Source of the DNA: an uncultured Clostridia bacterium
Lineage (GTDB): Bacteria; Bacillota; Clostridia; Oscillospirales; Acutalibacteraceae
Length of the DNA: 64,000 nt
Assembly: GCA_904399395.1 (NCBI GenBank)
Contig: CAJFPJ010000047.1
Coordinates: forward strand, 14,323 to 78,322
Direction of reading: 5' to 3'
Shown: positions 38,659 through 47,954 of the stretch, piece after piece
Layout of the letters: the number at the start of each line of letters is the position of its first letter
How positions within the stretch are numbered: position 1 is the stretch's first letter
Notes under the pieces: model-generated
Databases searched by the model: none
Told to the model about the DNA's origin: nothing
What the model saw: the letters and a program-made list of their open reading frames with translations, nothing else
Made by a program: the position numbers and the translations under genes

Positions 38659-39061
38659 ATATACTTCTATACCTCCTGCTATGGGGATGTTTTGCCTTGT
38701 GAAGCCTGCCAGAGAGAAAGCTTTTTGTATTTTCTCCCTTCCTGCTTAGAAAGACAGTTTATGCTTTTTGGAGTGGGAGAAAGAGAAAACTACTGTATTG
38801 ATTATAAAAACGGCTTGGAGAAAAGTCAACGGTTGCGATGTGGAGTGGATTCGAGGGGACACTTCAGCCGGGCCGTGCATAGAATACAGAGAGTCGTTTT
38901 CCGGCCGGAAGGCTTTTCTGGATATTTTCCGGTGGATCAGCCGCTTGCTGAAAATATCTCTGTAAGATGCGGAGAAATATGCTTTGTAATGGTATGTTTC
39001 TATGTAGGTAAGCTGCAGAAGGTCCGGCCTCGGGAAATGGCCCGGAAGGAGGCAGATTGCA

Positions 39062-40051
39062 GTGAGTGCTTTAGATAGAAAGCAGGAGAAAAAAGCCGGT
39101 GGAATCGATGTTTCCGCCCACAACGGAGCTGTGGACTGGAAAAAGGTAAAGGCCAGCGGTGTGGATTTTGCCGTGATCCGTGCGGGATACGGCAACACTA
39201 TCAGTCAGAAGGATGAACGCTTTGGCGAAAATATGAAAAATGCTCTAGAAGCGGGCCTGGGCGTCGGCATCTATTGGTTCAGCTATGCGATAAACCCTGA
39301 AGACGCCCGAAAAGAAGCGGCAGTATGCAAAGAGGTTTTACAAAAGTGGAAGGGAAAATTTGCATACCCAGTGTTTTATGATTTTGAATATGCCACGGAG
39401 ACGTATGCAAAGGAGCAGGGGGTGACATTCTCCAATTCCGGCAGGACGGATGTGATCCTGGCTTTCCTGGAAGAGATGAAGAAGGACTATACGGCAGGGT
39501 ATTACAGTAATCCGGATTATCTGACCTATAAGCTGGAGTATTCCCGCCTGAAGGGCTGGCCTCTATGGCTGGCGCAGTATAAAGCAGAGCCGGAATGGGA
39601 ATGCGTCTTGCAGCAGTCTTCCAGCACAGGCCGCATCAGCGGGATATCCGGCAATGTGGATACAGACGTTGCCTATACGGAATATGCGCTGCCCAAACCG
39701 GAGAAACCGGAAACAGGAGAAAAGCCGGAGACGGCGAAACAGTATACGATTCGGGCCGGGGATACTCTATGGGATATCGCCCAAAAGGAAAAGACTACTG
39801 TGGGAGCGATTCTGGCGCTGAATCCAGAGATTAAGGATGCATCGCGCATCTATCCGGGGCAGGTGATTCGCCTGCCTGGTAAAACTTCGGTTTCTCAAGC
39901 GAAAAAAACAGTTACGGTAAAAGCAGGGGATACTCTCTCTGAAATTGCGGCTCGGGAAGGAATCAGCCTTTCAGAGATTCTGCGATTAAACCCGGGAATC
40001 GAAAATCCCTCTTTGATTTATCCTGGGCAGGTTATACGCATTCGTTCCTGA
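39062..40051 (+). CDS. GH25 muramidase with two C-terminal LysM domains, no signal peptide
   Basis: GIDVSAHNGAVDWKKVKASGVDFAVIRAGYG is the GH25 start. Two LysM domains are present (YTIRAGDTLWDIA..., VTVKAGDTLSEIA...). Confidence 0.85.
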   Translation: MSALDRKQEKKAGGIDVSAHNGAVDWKKVKASGVDFAVIRAGYGNTISQKDERFGENMKNALEAGLGVGIYWFSYAINPEDARKEAAVCKEVLQKWKGKFAYPVFYDFEYATETYAKEQGVTFSNSGRTDVILAFLEEMKKDYTAGYYSNPDYLTYKLEYSRLKGWPLWLAQYKAEPEWECVLQQSSSTGRISGISGNVDTDVAYTEYALPKPEKPETGEKPETAKQYTIRAGDTLWDIAQKEKTTVGAILALNPEIKDASRIYPGQVIRLPGKTSVSQAKKTVTVKAGDTLSEIAAREGISLSEILRLNPGIENPSLIYPGQVIRIRS

Positions 40052-40383
40052 ATTATTTATCTGGAAAGTATTACCGGTGGTAATCACGAGTAAATTTTCA
40101 AATAAGTAAAGGAAAATGCTTTCTTTAATTAGTGTAGCATTAATTCAACGAATTGCTTATTTACTTTGATATAGCAAAATGAGCAAATTTAGAAAATAAT
40201 TCTGTAGGTAATAAACAAAAACATTAGAAGGACGTACTGCGAATCGTGGATTTTAGGGGAAATGAAAGATGCTTCTTTTACCCGGATATATTTTGTAGTA
40301 TAATAAACGGCATAGCAAGCCGAAATGCCAGATGGTAAAAGTACGCTTTTTCAGAGTTTGATTATATTGCTGCAAAAAGAAAA

Positions 40384-40410
40384 AGATACGCTTTTTCGCG
40401 TATCTTTTTT
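40384..40410 (+). terminator. Intrinsic terminator in AT-rich spacer (agatacgc-tttttc-gcgtatct + T5)
   Basis: Read directly. It sits 330 nt after the GH25 stop and about 100 nt after a TATAAT box. Confidence 0.6.
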
Positions 40411-40625
40411 ATCGGAAGGGCATTATATTGAATGAAAGAAAAGGTGTGCTATATCGTGCGCGATATGTGCAATGTGCATACGCGTGGCGATGTGGATGGA
40501 CGGCATGAATCTGAAAGGCAGTTTTCCGGGATGTTACCATTTTTTGGGCATTTTCGGTAAGAGTCCTTTCGTGATTTTTTGTCTGGACGCTTTACCAGGA
40601 CATTTCACTGAAAGGAAGGTTAAAA

Positions 40626-42398
40626 ATGAAGATGAAGAAAATGCTTGCGCTTCTTCTGGCAGGTATCATGACGGTTTCCATGGCTTCCTGCGCAGGGAAC
40701 GGAGAGAGCTCCAGCGCTGGCTCAGAAGCCGGCTCCAATGGAAGCTCCGGCACCGAAAGCTCTTCCACTCCTGAAATCGAGGGCGGAAAGACGTCGGAAT
40801 ACGGCACCCTGATTGAAGCAACGGATCCCTCCCAGCTTCCGGCTGCTGCCACTGAGCGTAAGGACACTCTGATCGTAGGTTCTGCCGATTTGGCTGGTGT
40901 GTTCAACCCCTTCTATTGGGAAGCCAATGAGGATTTCCGTATTGTTTCCATGATCACCGCTTCTCTGGGCGTACCGGATGACAAGGGTGAGATCACAGAT
41001 GGAACCGCTAAAATGACGGTTTCTGAGGATGGCAAGGTTTACACCTTCAAGCTCACTAAGGAAAAGTATAACGACGGATCCGATGTGAAGCCTGAGGACT
41101 ATGTAAACTATTTCAAGATCCTGGCTGATAAGAGCTATGACGGCTACAGCGATATTTCTCCTGTGGGAATCGTGGGCTTCCAGGATTACTATGATGGGAA
41201 GACCGACGAGATCTCCGGCATCAAGGTAATCGGCGATGATACCATCGAGATTACACTGGAGGCTCCCTATGCCAGCGCTCCCTATATGCTGTCTTCCGCT
41301 ATTCCGGTTTCCACCGAGAAATACGGCGATTTGATCAAGCACGGCGATCTTTCCGGATTCAAAGCTCTGGATATGATCGATTTTGTGGGCAACGGCGCTT
41401 ACACTCTGAAAGAATATAAGGTGAAAGCCTCTGCCACACTGGAAGCCAACGAGTATTTCTATCTTGGCAAGCCCAAGATCCCCACGATCATCGTGAAGGT
41501 TGTTGCCACCAACGCTGAACTTCAGGCTGTGGCCACTGGCGACGTGGATATCGAAGAGGACGTAGTCTGCGAAAATGACTATATCGAAGAGGGCAAGAGC
41601 TACGGTTTCATCAACATGTGGGTGCAGGAGACCCTGGGTTATGGCTATGTGGCTGTGAACCATAAGCTGGAAAAATTCCAGGATCCCAAGGTTCGTCAGG
41701 CTCTGCTGTATGCTATTGACCGTAAGTCCCTGAACAATGTAGTTTACGGCCAGTATGCAAACGCTCTGAACATCCCCCAGGCAAGAGTTTCTTGGCTCTA
41801 TAACGACGAGGGGCTGAACACTTACGATTACGACCTTGAGAAGGCTGCGCAGCTTCTGGAAGAGGCCGGCTGGAAGAAGGAAGGGGACAAGCTGATGAAG
41901 GATGGGGAGCAGTTCACCATCATGTTCACCGCTATGTCCGACAATGCTGTTACCCAGAAGCTGATCCCCATGATGATCGACGCTTATGCACAGCTGGGCA
42001 TTGAGGTCAAGGCTGAGTATGTGGATTGGCCGACCCTGCAGGATAAGAGCCAGAAGGGCACCGCAGAAATGTACTTCATGGCCTGGGGCCTTACTGCCGA
42101 TCCGGATATCACAGGCACCTATGCCAGCCCGGAAGCCGGCGGCGGCCAGAACCATATCGGTTATTCCAACAAAGAGCTGGATGAGCTTCTGAAGAAGGCA
42201 CAGACAGAGACCGACAGAGAGGCCATCATGGAAGAATACAAGGAGATCTATAAGATTTGGAATGAAGATCTGCCTGTTCTTCCCATCTACCAGAGAAGCG
42301 ACCTAATCTGCTACAACACCCGGGTGAAGAACCTGGTTTCCAGCCCCTATGTAAAGTGGTATCAGCAGGATAGAATCGGCTCCATCGAGCTGGCTTAA
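40626..42398 (+). CDS. ABC transporter substrate-binding lipoprotein, family 5 (Opp/Dpp/oligosaccharide type)
   Basis: Lipobox MTVSMASCAG, then a Ser/Gly linker, then the SBP_bac_5 pattern. Confidence 0.9.
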   Translation: MKMKKMLALLLAGIMTVSMASCAGNGESSSAGSEAGSNGSSGTESSSTPEIEGGKTSEYGTLIEATDPSQLPAAATERKDTLIVGSADLAGVFNPFYWEANEDFRIVSMITASLGVPDDKGEITDGTAKMTVSEDGKVYTFKLTKEKYNDGSDVKPEDYVNYFKILADKSYDGYSDISPVGIVGFQDYYDGKTDEISGIKVIGDDTIEITLEAPYASAPYMLSSAIPVSTEKYGDLIKHGDLSGFKALDMIDFVGNGAYTLKEYKVKASATLEANEYFYLGKPKIPTIIVKVVATNAELQAVATGDVDIEEDVVCENDYIEEGKSYGFINMWVQETLGYGYVAVNHKLEKFQDPKVRQALLYAIDRKSLNNVVYGQYANALNIPQARVSWLYNDEGLNTYDYDLEKAAQLLEEAGWKKEGDKLMKDGEQFTIMFTAMSDNAVTQKLIPMMIDAYAQLGIEVKAEYVDWPTLQDKSQKGTAEMYFMAWGLTADPDITGTYASPEAGGGQNHIGYSNKELDELLKKAQTETDREAIMEEYKEIYKIWNEDLPVLPIYQRSDLICYNTRVKNLVSSPYVKWYQQDRIGSIELA

Positions 42399-42534
42399 TC
42401 GGATTCGATTATAACCTGTTGGAAAAGGCGAAAGGCGGTTGTCTTGCGCCTGTGCCGCAGAAGCATAGCTGCAGAACGGCGCCGCACTCTCAGAGTTCCT
42501 GAGAAATTGCGGCGCAGCGGGTGCGCCAAGAATA

Positions 42535-42578
42535 CAGGGAAAGGGGAGAATACCCCTTTTCCCTGCTTTCTTGTTTTT
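42535..42578 (+). terminator. Intra-operon terminator/attenuator after the SBP gene
   Basis: cagggaaagggg-agaata-ccccttttccctg followed by a T-rich tract. Confidence 0.6.
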
Positions 42579-42873
42579 GCGGTGGTGATTGTAAAAGGCT
42601 TTTATTCTAAAAAGCCTGCACGTGGAACAAGGGGTCACGGCTTTGTGCAACCGTTTTTGGTTCGGTTTTGGGTGCGCGGCTACCTGTTCTGTACATATTT
42701 TTTTGCACAGCCCCCGTCAAACAGAAGGGGCATATTCCCCGGAACTTTGTCTTACGGGGGCTGTGCAAAAGGGCCGCCTGGGCCGTTCAGGCGGTATTCT
42801 GGGCTTGCTTCCGCCCGGATCCAGCCGTTCCCGGCAAGGGGGCGGAACCTAAAAGAGAGAGGTGTACGTAAAA

Positions 42874-43836
42874 ATGGGCAAGTATATCGTTCGCCGTTTG
42901 CTGCTCATGATCCCCATTCTGCTGGGGGTCTCCTTCATAGTGTTCCTTCTGGTGGCGAGCCTGCCGGGCGACGCTGTGAGCGCACATATGGCGGGAAAAA
43001 TCTCCCCGGAAAAGCTGGAACAGAACCGCGCCCTCCTGGGGCTGGATCAGCCGGTTCTTGTTCGGTATTTCAACTGGCTCGGAAATGCTATTCAGGGGAA
43101 TTTCGGAATTTCCATCACCTATAAAATTCCTGTAACAGAGGTTATCGGGGATTTCGTATGGAATTCCTTCCTGCTGGCGGCAGTGGCCTTTGTGCTGGAA
43201 CTGCTGATTGCTATCCCGGTGGGGGTTGTCTCCGCTGTGAAGCAGTATTCTATATTTGATAATGTTAGCACGGTGTTCTGTTTTGCCGTGATTTCTCTGC
43301 CTTCCTTCTTCCTGGCTATGATCCTGCGCTTTGTTTTTTCTGTGAAGCTGGGAATCCTCCCTCTGGATGGAATGGAAACTGCAGGCGTGGCTTATACGGG
43401 TATGCAGCACGTGGGGGATGTTATCATGCATATGGTTCTCCCCGTAGTATGTCTTACCCTGCTGAGTGTGGGCAGCACCACCCGATATGTGAGAACCTCC
43501 ATGCTGGAAGTGATCCGGCAGGATTATGTCCGCACAGCCAGAGCCAAGGGCTTGCCCGAAAGAGTGGTCATCTATAAGCATGCTTTGAAAAACGGCATGA
43601 TCCCCATTGTGACCTTTGTAGGAGGCGCGCTTCCCTCCCTTTTTGCGGGAGCCATGATCACAGAGACAATTTTTGCCTGGCCGGGCATCGGCAAGGTGTT
43701 TCTGGGATCTATCGGGCAGCGGGATTATCTCTTTATGATGGGATTTACCATGTTCCTGGCCGTTTTGGTTATGGTGGGCAACCTGCTTTCTGATATTCTC
43801 TATGGTGTTGTGGATCCCAGAATCCGGCTGAAGTAA
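42874..43836 (+). CDS. ABC transporter permease (OppB/DppB type)
   Basis: MGKYIVRRLLLMIPILLGVSFIVF is the typical start, with the BPD_transp_1 core. Confidence 0.9.
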   Translation: MGKYIVRRLLLMIPILLGVSFIVFLLVASLPGDAVSAHMAGKISPEKLEQNRALLGLDQPVLVRYFNWLGNAIQGNFGISITYKIPVTEVIGDFVWNSFLLAAVAFVLELLIAIPVGVVSAVKQYSIFDNVSTVFCFAVISLPSFFLAMILRFVFSVKLGILPLDGMETAGVAYTGMQHVGDVIMHMVLPVVCLTLLSVGSTTRYVRTSMLEVIRQDYVRTARAKGLPERVVIYKHALKNGMIPIVTFVGGALPSLFAGAMITETIFAWPGIGKVFLGSIGQRDYLFMMGFTMFLAVLVMVGNLLSDILYGVVDPRIRLK

Positions 43837-43848
43837 AGGAGGAGCGAT

Positions 43849-44850
43849 ATGGAAAAGAAAGTTGAAGAGAAAGTCTCCGGCGCTTCTCCGGCGGTTCCCG
43901 CCGGAAACGGAAGCGCTGCTGCAGCCGTTCAGACGGGCAAAGGAAAGCCCGGTGGAAAGGGCGGAAAAAAAGGGCAGGCTATGTCCACACCCTGGAGAAT
44001 GGCCATGAAACGGCTGAAGAGAAACAAGCTGGCTATTGCGGGCCTTATTTTTCTGATCTTTATGATCCTTCTGTGCTTTATCGGTCCCCTGTTTTCTCCG
44101 TATTCCATGAACGAAGTGGATATGGCTGCGGCCAAGCAGCCCCCCAGCGCAGAGCATTGGCTCGGCACGGACGATAATGGCCGCGATGTGTTCACCCGCC
44201 TTCTTTACGGCGGCCAGATCTCTATGACGGTGGGCCTTGCTGCCACCGCTTTGGAGATTTTAATCGGCGCTATTCTGGGTTGCGTGGCCGCCTATTACGG
44301 GGGCGCGGTTGATTTCGTTATCATGCGTATTGTGGACGTCATCCTCTCCCTGCCCACAATGCCGATCCTGATTATGCTCAGCGCCATGATGTCCGATTGG
44401 AAGGTGGATCCCAGTGTGCGTGTGTATTACCTGATGGTAATCCTGGCCTCTCTGGGATGGGCGGGCACCTGCCGCTTCGTGCGCGGGCAGGTGCTCACTG
44501 TGCGCGAGATGGATTATATGAGCGCAGCTGAATCTCTGGGCATCCGGGATTACCGCAAGATCTTCAAGCACATCATGCCTAACGTCATCCCCCTGATTAT
44601 CGTAATGGCTACCCTGGCTATTGGAGATACGATTATTATGGAATCCACCATGTCCTTCCTGGGAGTGGGCGTGTTGCCGCCTATGTCCAGCTGGGGGCAG
44701 ATGGTCTCCGACGGCAATAACCTGATGATCTTCAAGCTCCGACCCTGGCTGTGGATGCCTGCGGGCTTCTGCATTCTTCTCACTGTGCTTTCGGTGAATC
44801 TGGTGGGCGACGGTCTGCGGGACGCCCTTGACCCGAAGATGAAGCGCTGA
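43849..44850 (+). CDS. ABC transporter permease (OppC/DppC type)
   Basis: HWLGTDDNGRDVFTRLLYG signature. Confidence 0.9.
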   Translation: MEKKVEEKVSGASPAVPAGNGSAAAAVQTGKGKPGGKGGKKGQAMSTPWRMAMKRLKRNKLAIAGLIFLIFMILLCFIGPLFSPYSMNEVDMAAAKQPPSAEHWLGTDDNGRDVFTRLLYGGQISMTVGLAATALEILIGAILGCVAAYYGGAVDFVIMRIVDVILSLPTMPILIMLSAMMSDWKVDPSVRVYYLMVILASLGWAGTCRFVRGQVLTVREMDYMSAAESLGIRDYRKIFKHIMPNVIPLIIVMATLAIGDTIIMESTMSFLGVGVLPPMSSWGQMVSDGNNLMIFKLRPWLWMPAGFCILLTVLSVNLVGDGLRDALDPKMKR

Positions 44851-44867
44851 GAGGGAGGAGGACGAAT

Positions 44868-45875
44868 ATGGCATTTGTGGAATTTAAAAACCTGCATACA
44901 TGGTTTTATACAGATAGCGGCGTTGTCAAGGCTGTGAACGGCGTGGATTTTGAGATCCAAGAGGGGGAGACCGTCTGCGTGGTTGGAGAATCCGGCTGCG
45001 GAAAAAGTGTGACGGCTCTTTCTATGATGCATCTGGTGCAGACTCCTCCCGGCAAAATTGTGGACGGCGAGATCCGCATGGATGGTGTGGATTTGCTCAA
45101 AATGGATAAGCGCCAGATGGAAAAGATCAATGGCAAGGATATCGCCATGATCTTCCAGGAGCCTATGACCTCCCTGAATCCGGTGCTCACTGTGGGTCAC
45201 CAGATCATGGAAAGCCTTTTGTTCCATACGGATATTGATAAGAAATCTGCCAGAGCCAAGGCGCTGGAGATGCTCAAGCTGGTGGGCATTCCCCGTGCGG
45301 AGGAGATTCTGGATTGTTACCCCCACGAGCTTTCCGGCGGCATGCGCCAGCGGGTGATGATCGCTATGGCTCTGGTGTGCAACCCCCGCCTGCTGATTGC
45401 AGACGAGCCCACCACAGCTTTGGATGTGACCATTCAGGCCCAGATTCTGGACTTGATGCGCAAGATCAAAAAAGAGCTCAATATGTCCATTCTGCTTATC
45501 ACCCATGATCTGGGTGTTGTGGCGGAAATGGCTGACTATGTGGTGGTTATGTATGCGGGGAAGGTTGTGGAAAAAGGACCTGTGCTGGAGATTTTCAAAA
45601 ATCCTGCTCACCCGTATACGGTGGGGCTTTTGAAGTCAAAGCCCGTTATCGGCGTAACGGATCACAACCAGCGGCTTTATTCCATCCCGGGGCAGGTTCC
45701 CAATCCCATCGGTATGCCGGATAACTGCTATTTTAACGAGCGCTGCGAAAAATGCATGGAAGTCTGCAAAAACAAAATTCCGGATCTCGTGGATCTGGGC
45801 AACGGCCATTATGTAGCTTGCTGGCTCCGTGAGCAGGAAAAAGCCACTCAGGACCAGCCGGATACGGCTGAATAA
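44868..45875 (+). CDS. ABC transporter ATP-binding protein (OppD type)
   Basis: [28 protein letters not shown], and the C-terminal oligopeptide-type Cys-containing tail. Confidence 0.92.
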   Translation: MAFVEFKNLHTWFYTDSGVVKAVNGVDFEIQEGETVCVVGESGCGKSVTALSMMHLVQTPPGKIVDGEIRMDGVDLLKMDKRQMEKINGKDIAMIFQEPMTSLNPVLTVGHQIMESLLFHTDIDKKSARAKALEMLKLVGIPRAEEILDCYPHELSGGMRQRVMIAMALVCNPRLLIADEPTTALDVTIQAQILDLMRKIKKELNMSILLITHDLGVVAEMADYVVVMYAGKVVEKGPVLEIFKNPAHPYTVGLLKSKPVIGVTDHNQRLYSIPGQVPNPIGMPDNCYFNERCEKCMEVCKNKIPDLVDLGNGHYVACWLREQEKATQDQPDTAE

Positions 45876-45899
45876 ACCGCGGAAAGGAAGGATGTAAAG

Positions 45900-46865
45900 A
45901 TGGACGACATCATTTTGGACGTACAAGACCTGAAAAAATATTTTCCCATCCGCGGCGGTGTGTTTCAGCATACGGTGGGATATGTGAAGGCGGTGGATGG
46001 GATCTCCTTCCAGCTAAAGAGGGGAGAGACTTTGGGAATCGTAGGGGAATCCGGCTGCGGAAAATCCACGGCTGGCCGCACGATTCTGCGTCTGCACGAA
46101 ATCACCGGGGGTAAGGTGCTTTTCAATGGGAAGGATATCGCCAAACTTTCAAAAAAAGAGCTTAGGAAAAAGCGCCTTGAAATGCAAATGGTGTTTCAGG
46201 ATCCCTATTCTTCTCTGAATCCCCGCATGACGGTGGGCCAGATCATCGGTGAGGCGCTTACGGACCACAAGCTCATGAATAAGACCCAAGCTAAGGAAAA
46301 GGTGCAGGAGATCATGGAGGTCTGCGGGCTGCCCAGCTATTATATAAACCGGTATCCCCATGAATTTTCCGGCGGGCAGCGCCAAAGAATTGGTATCGCC
46401 CGGGCACTGGTGTTGGATCCACAGTTTGTCATCTGCGACGAACCTGTATCCGCTCTGGATGTTTCCATCCAGTCACAGATCATCAACCTTCTGGGCGATC
46501 TGCAGAAGGAACGGAATTTTTCCTATATCTTCATTTCTCACGATCTTTCTGTGGTGGAATATATCAGTAACCGTGTGGCAGTCATGTATCTTGGCAATAT
46601 TGTGGAACTGGCAGATAAGAACGAGATTTTTGACAATCCCCTTCACCCGTATACGAAGGCTCTTATGTCGGCGATTCCCGTTCCGGATCCCACTCGGAAG
46701 AGAGAGCGTATCATTCTCACAGGGGATCTGCCCTCTCCCTCCAATCCGCCCTCGGGCTGCAAATTCCGCACAAGATGCCCCATGGCCTGCGAAAAATGTG
46801 CCAAGGAAGCGCCTGAATACCGCGACGTGGGCGGCGGGCATTATGTAGCCTGCCATCTGGTATAA
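45900..46865 (+). CDS. ABC transporter ATP-binding protein (OppF type)
   Basis: [17 protein letters not shown] and ICDEPVSALD. Confidence 0.92.
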   Translation: MDDIILDVQDLKKYFPIRGGVFQHTVGYVKAVDGISFQLKRGETLGIVGESGCGKSTAGRTILRLHEITGGKVLFNGKDIAKLSKKELRKKRLEMQMVFQDPYSSLNPRMTVGQIIGEALTDHKLMNKTQAKEKVQEIMEVCGLPSYYINRYPHEFSGGQRQRIGIARALVLDPQFVICDEPVSALDVSIQSQIINLLGDLQKERNFSYIFISHDLSVVEYISNRVAVMYLGNIVELADKNEIFDNPLHPYTKALMSAIPVPDPTRKRERIILTGDLPSPSNPPSGCKFRTRCPMACEKCAKEAPEYRDVGGGHYVACHLV

Positions 46866-46868
46866 GAT

Positions 46869-47297
46869 ATGTGGAAGATTTTTAAGCTGGGGCAGGGCCC
46901 CCGCCCTGATCTTCTGGCGGAGCAATGGGCCCGGGAAGCTGCTGAAGAAGAGGCCCGGGAACGGCAGCAGGAAGAAGAGAACGTTGTCTCCCCTGTTTCA
47001 GAAGGGAAGACGGAGCAGCAGCCCAATCTTTCGCAGGAGGCTGAGGCTCTCCAGGCTCCCCGGCCTTCTGCGGGCTCGAACGATCCTGCCGAGGCATGGA
47101 TAGAAGAGCAGCGGGGCCAGGCGGAGGAAAAGCGAGAGAATTTCCAAGATCGAACGGAATCCCCTAAACCCACACGGAAAGATTTTGTGGCTATGTGCGT
47201 CGCTATGGCGGAACTTCTTATTCCCATTGCCTTGGTGCTGGTGGGGCTATTCGCTCTTTTGATTTTCCTTCTTCAGAAGTTTTGGCTCCATGCCTGA
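46869..47297 (+). CDS. Hypothetical acidic low-complexity protein with C-terminal TM anchor
   Basis: The ATG lies 3 nt after the oppF-type stop. E/Q/A-rich, with the C-terminal helix LLIPIALVLVGLFALLIFLL. No clear RBS. Confidence 0.4.
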   Translation: MWKIFKLGQGPRPDLLAEQWAREAAEEEARERQQEEENVVSPVSEGKTEQQPNLSQEAEALQAPRPSAGSNDPAEAWIEEQRGQAEEKRENFQDRTESPKPTRKDFVAMCVAMAELLIPIALVLVGLFALLIFLLQKFWLHA

Positions 47298-47386
47298 AAA
47301 ATAAAACCTATAAGGCCTGTGTCCCTTGAAATCTAAGGGGCTGCGGAGAGAGAAGGGGCTTCTCTTCCGGCAATCCGGCAATGGCA

Positions 47387-47431
47387 AAAGCGCTGTAAGT
47401 GCGGTTAAACCGCGGCTCACAGCGCTTTTTT
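47387..47431 (+). terminator. Terminator of the ABC importer operon
   Basis: aaaagcgctgt...acagcgctttttt with an inner gcggtt/accgc hairpin. Confidence 0.7.
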
Positions 47432-47954
47432 GTATGCGGGGTTTCCACCTGATACGTTGCGGCCCAGCATCCTGGGCCAAGCCGGGAACAGTTTTTTTCA
47501 GAATGCTGGGGAACCAGCCGGCTGTAAAAAGGGAACGTTGGCGGCGCCTCTTTCTCATATGCAGGATTATGGATATGGAAAATGAGAAACGGTTAGAGGA
47601 ACACTCTCATTTGAAGTATTTCATTGTGTAGCGTGACCGTTTTCACAGGTAATTTCAGGGACAAGAAAATTCTATCCGGTGTTTTTCTTTTCAATTTAGT
47701 TCGCTTCTTAAAACGAATGGTAATAAACTAGAAATTTGGAGGAATGCATAAATTTCAGTTCCTTCTTTCTTTGTTGAGAAGACACAAATTCCAAAAGAGA
47801 TCTATGGTATGAACACCTATGGATTTTTTTTCAGCACCGGTGTATCCTGAACGAAACAGAGATCGGGGTGCAGAGGGGAGAGATTCCTCGACTGCAGGCC
47901 CTGGACCGATGGAGTATCACGAATATGGAGTATCAGGAACGGGAGGAAAATCAA

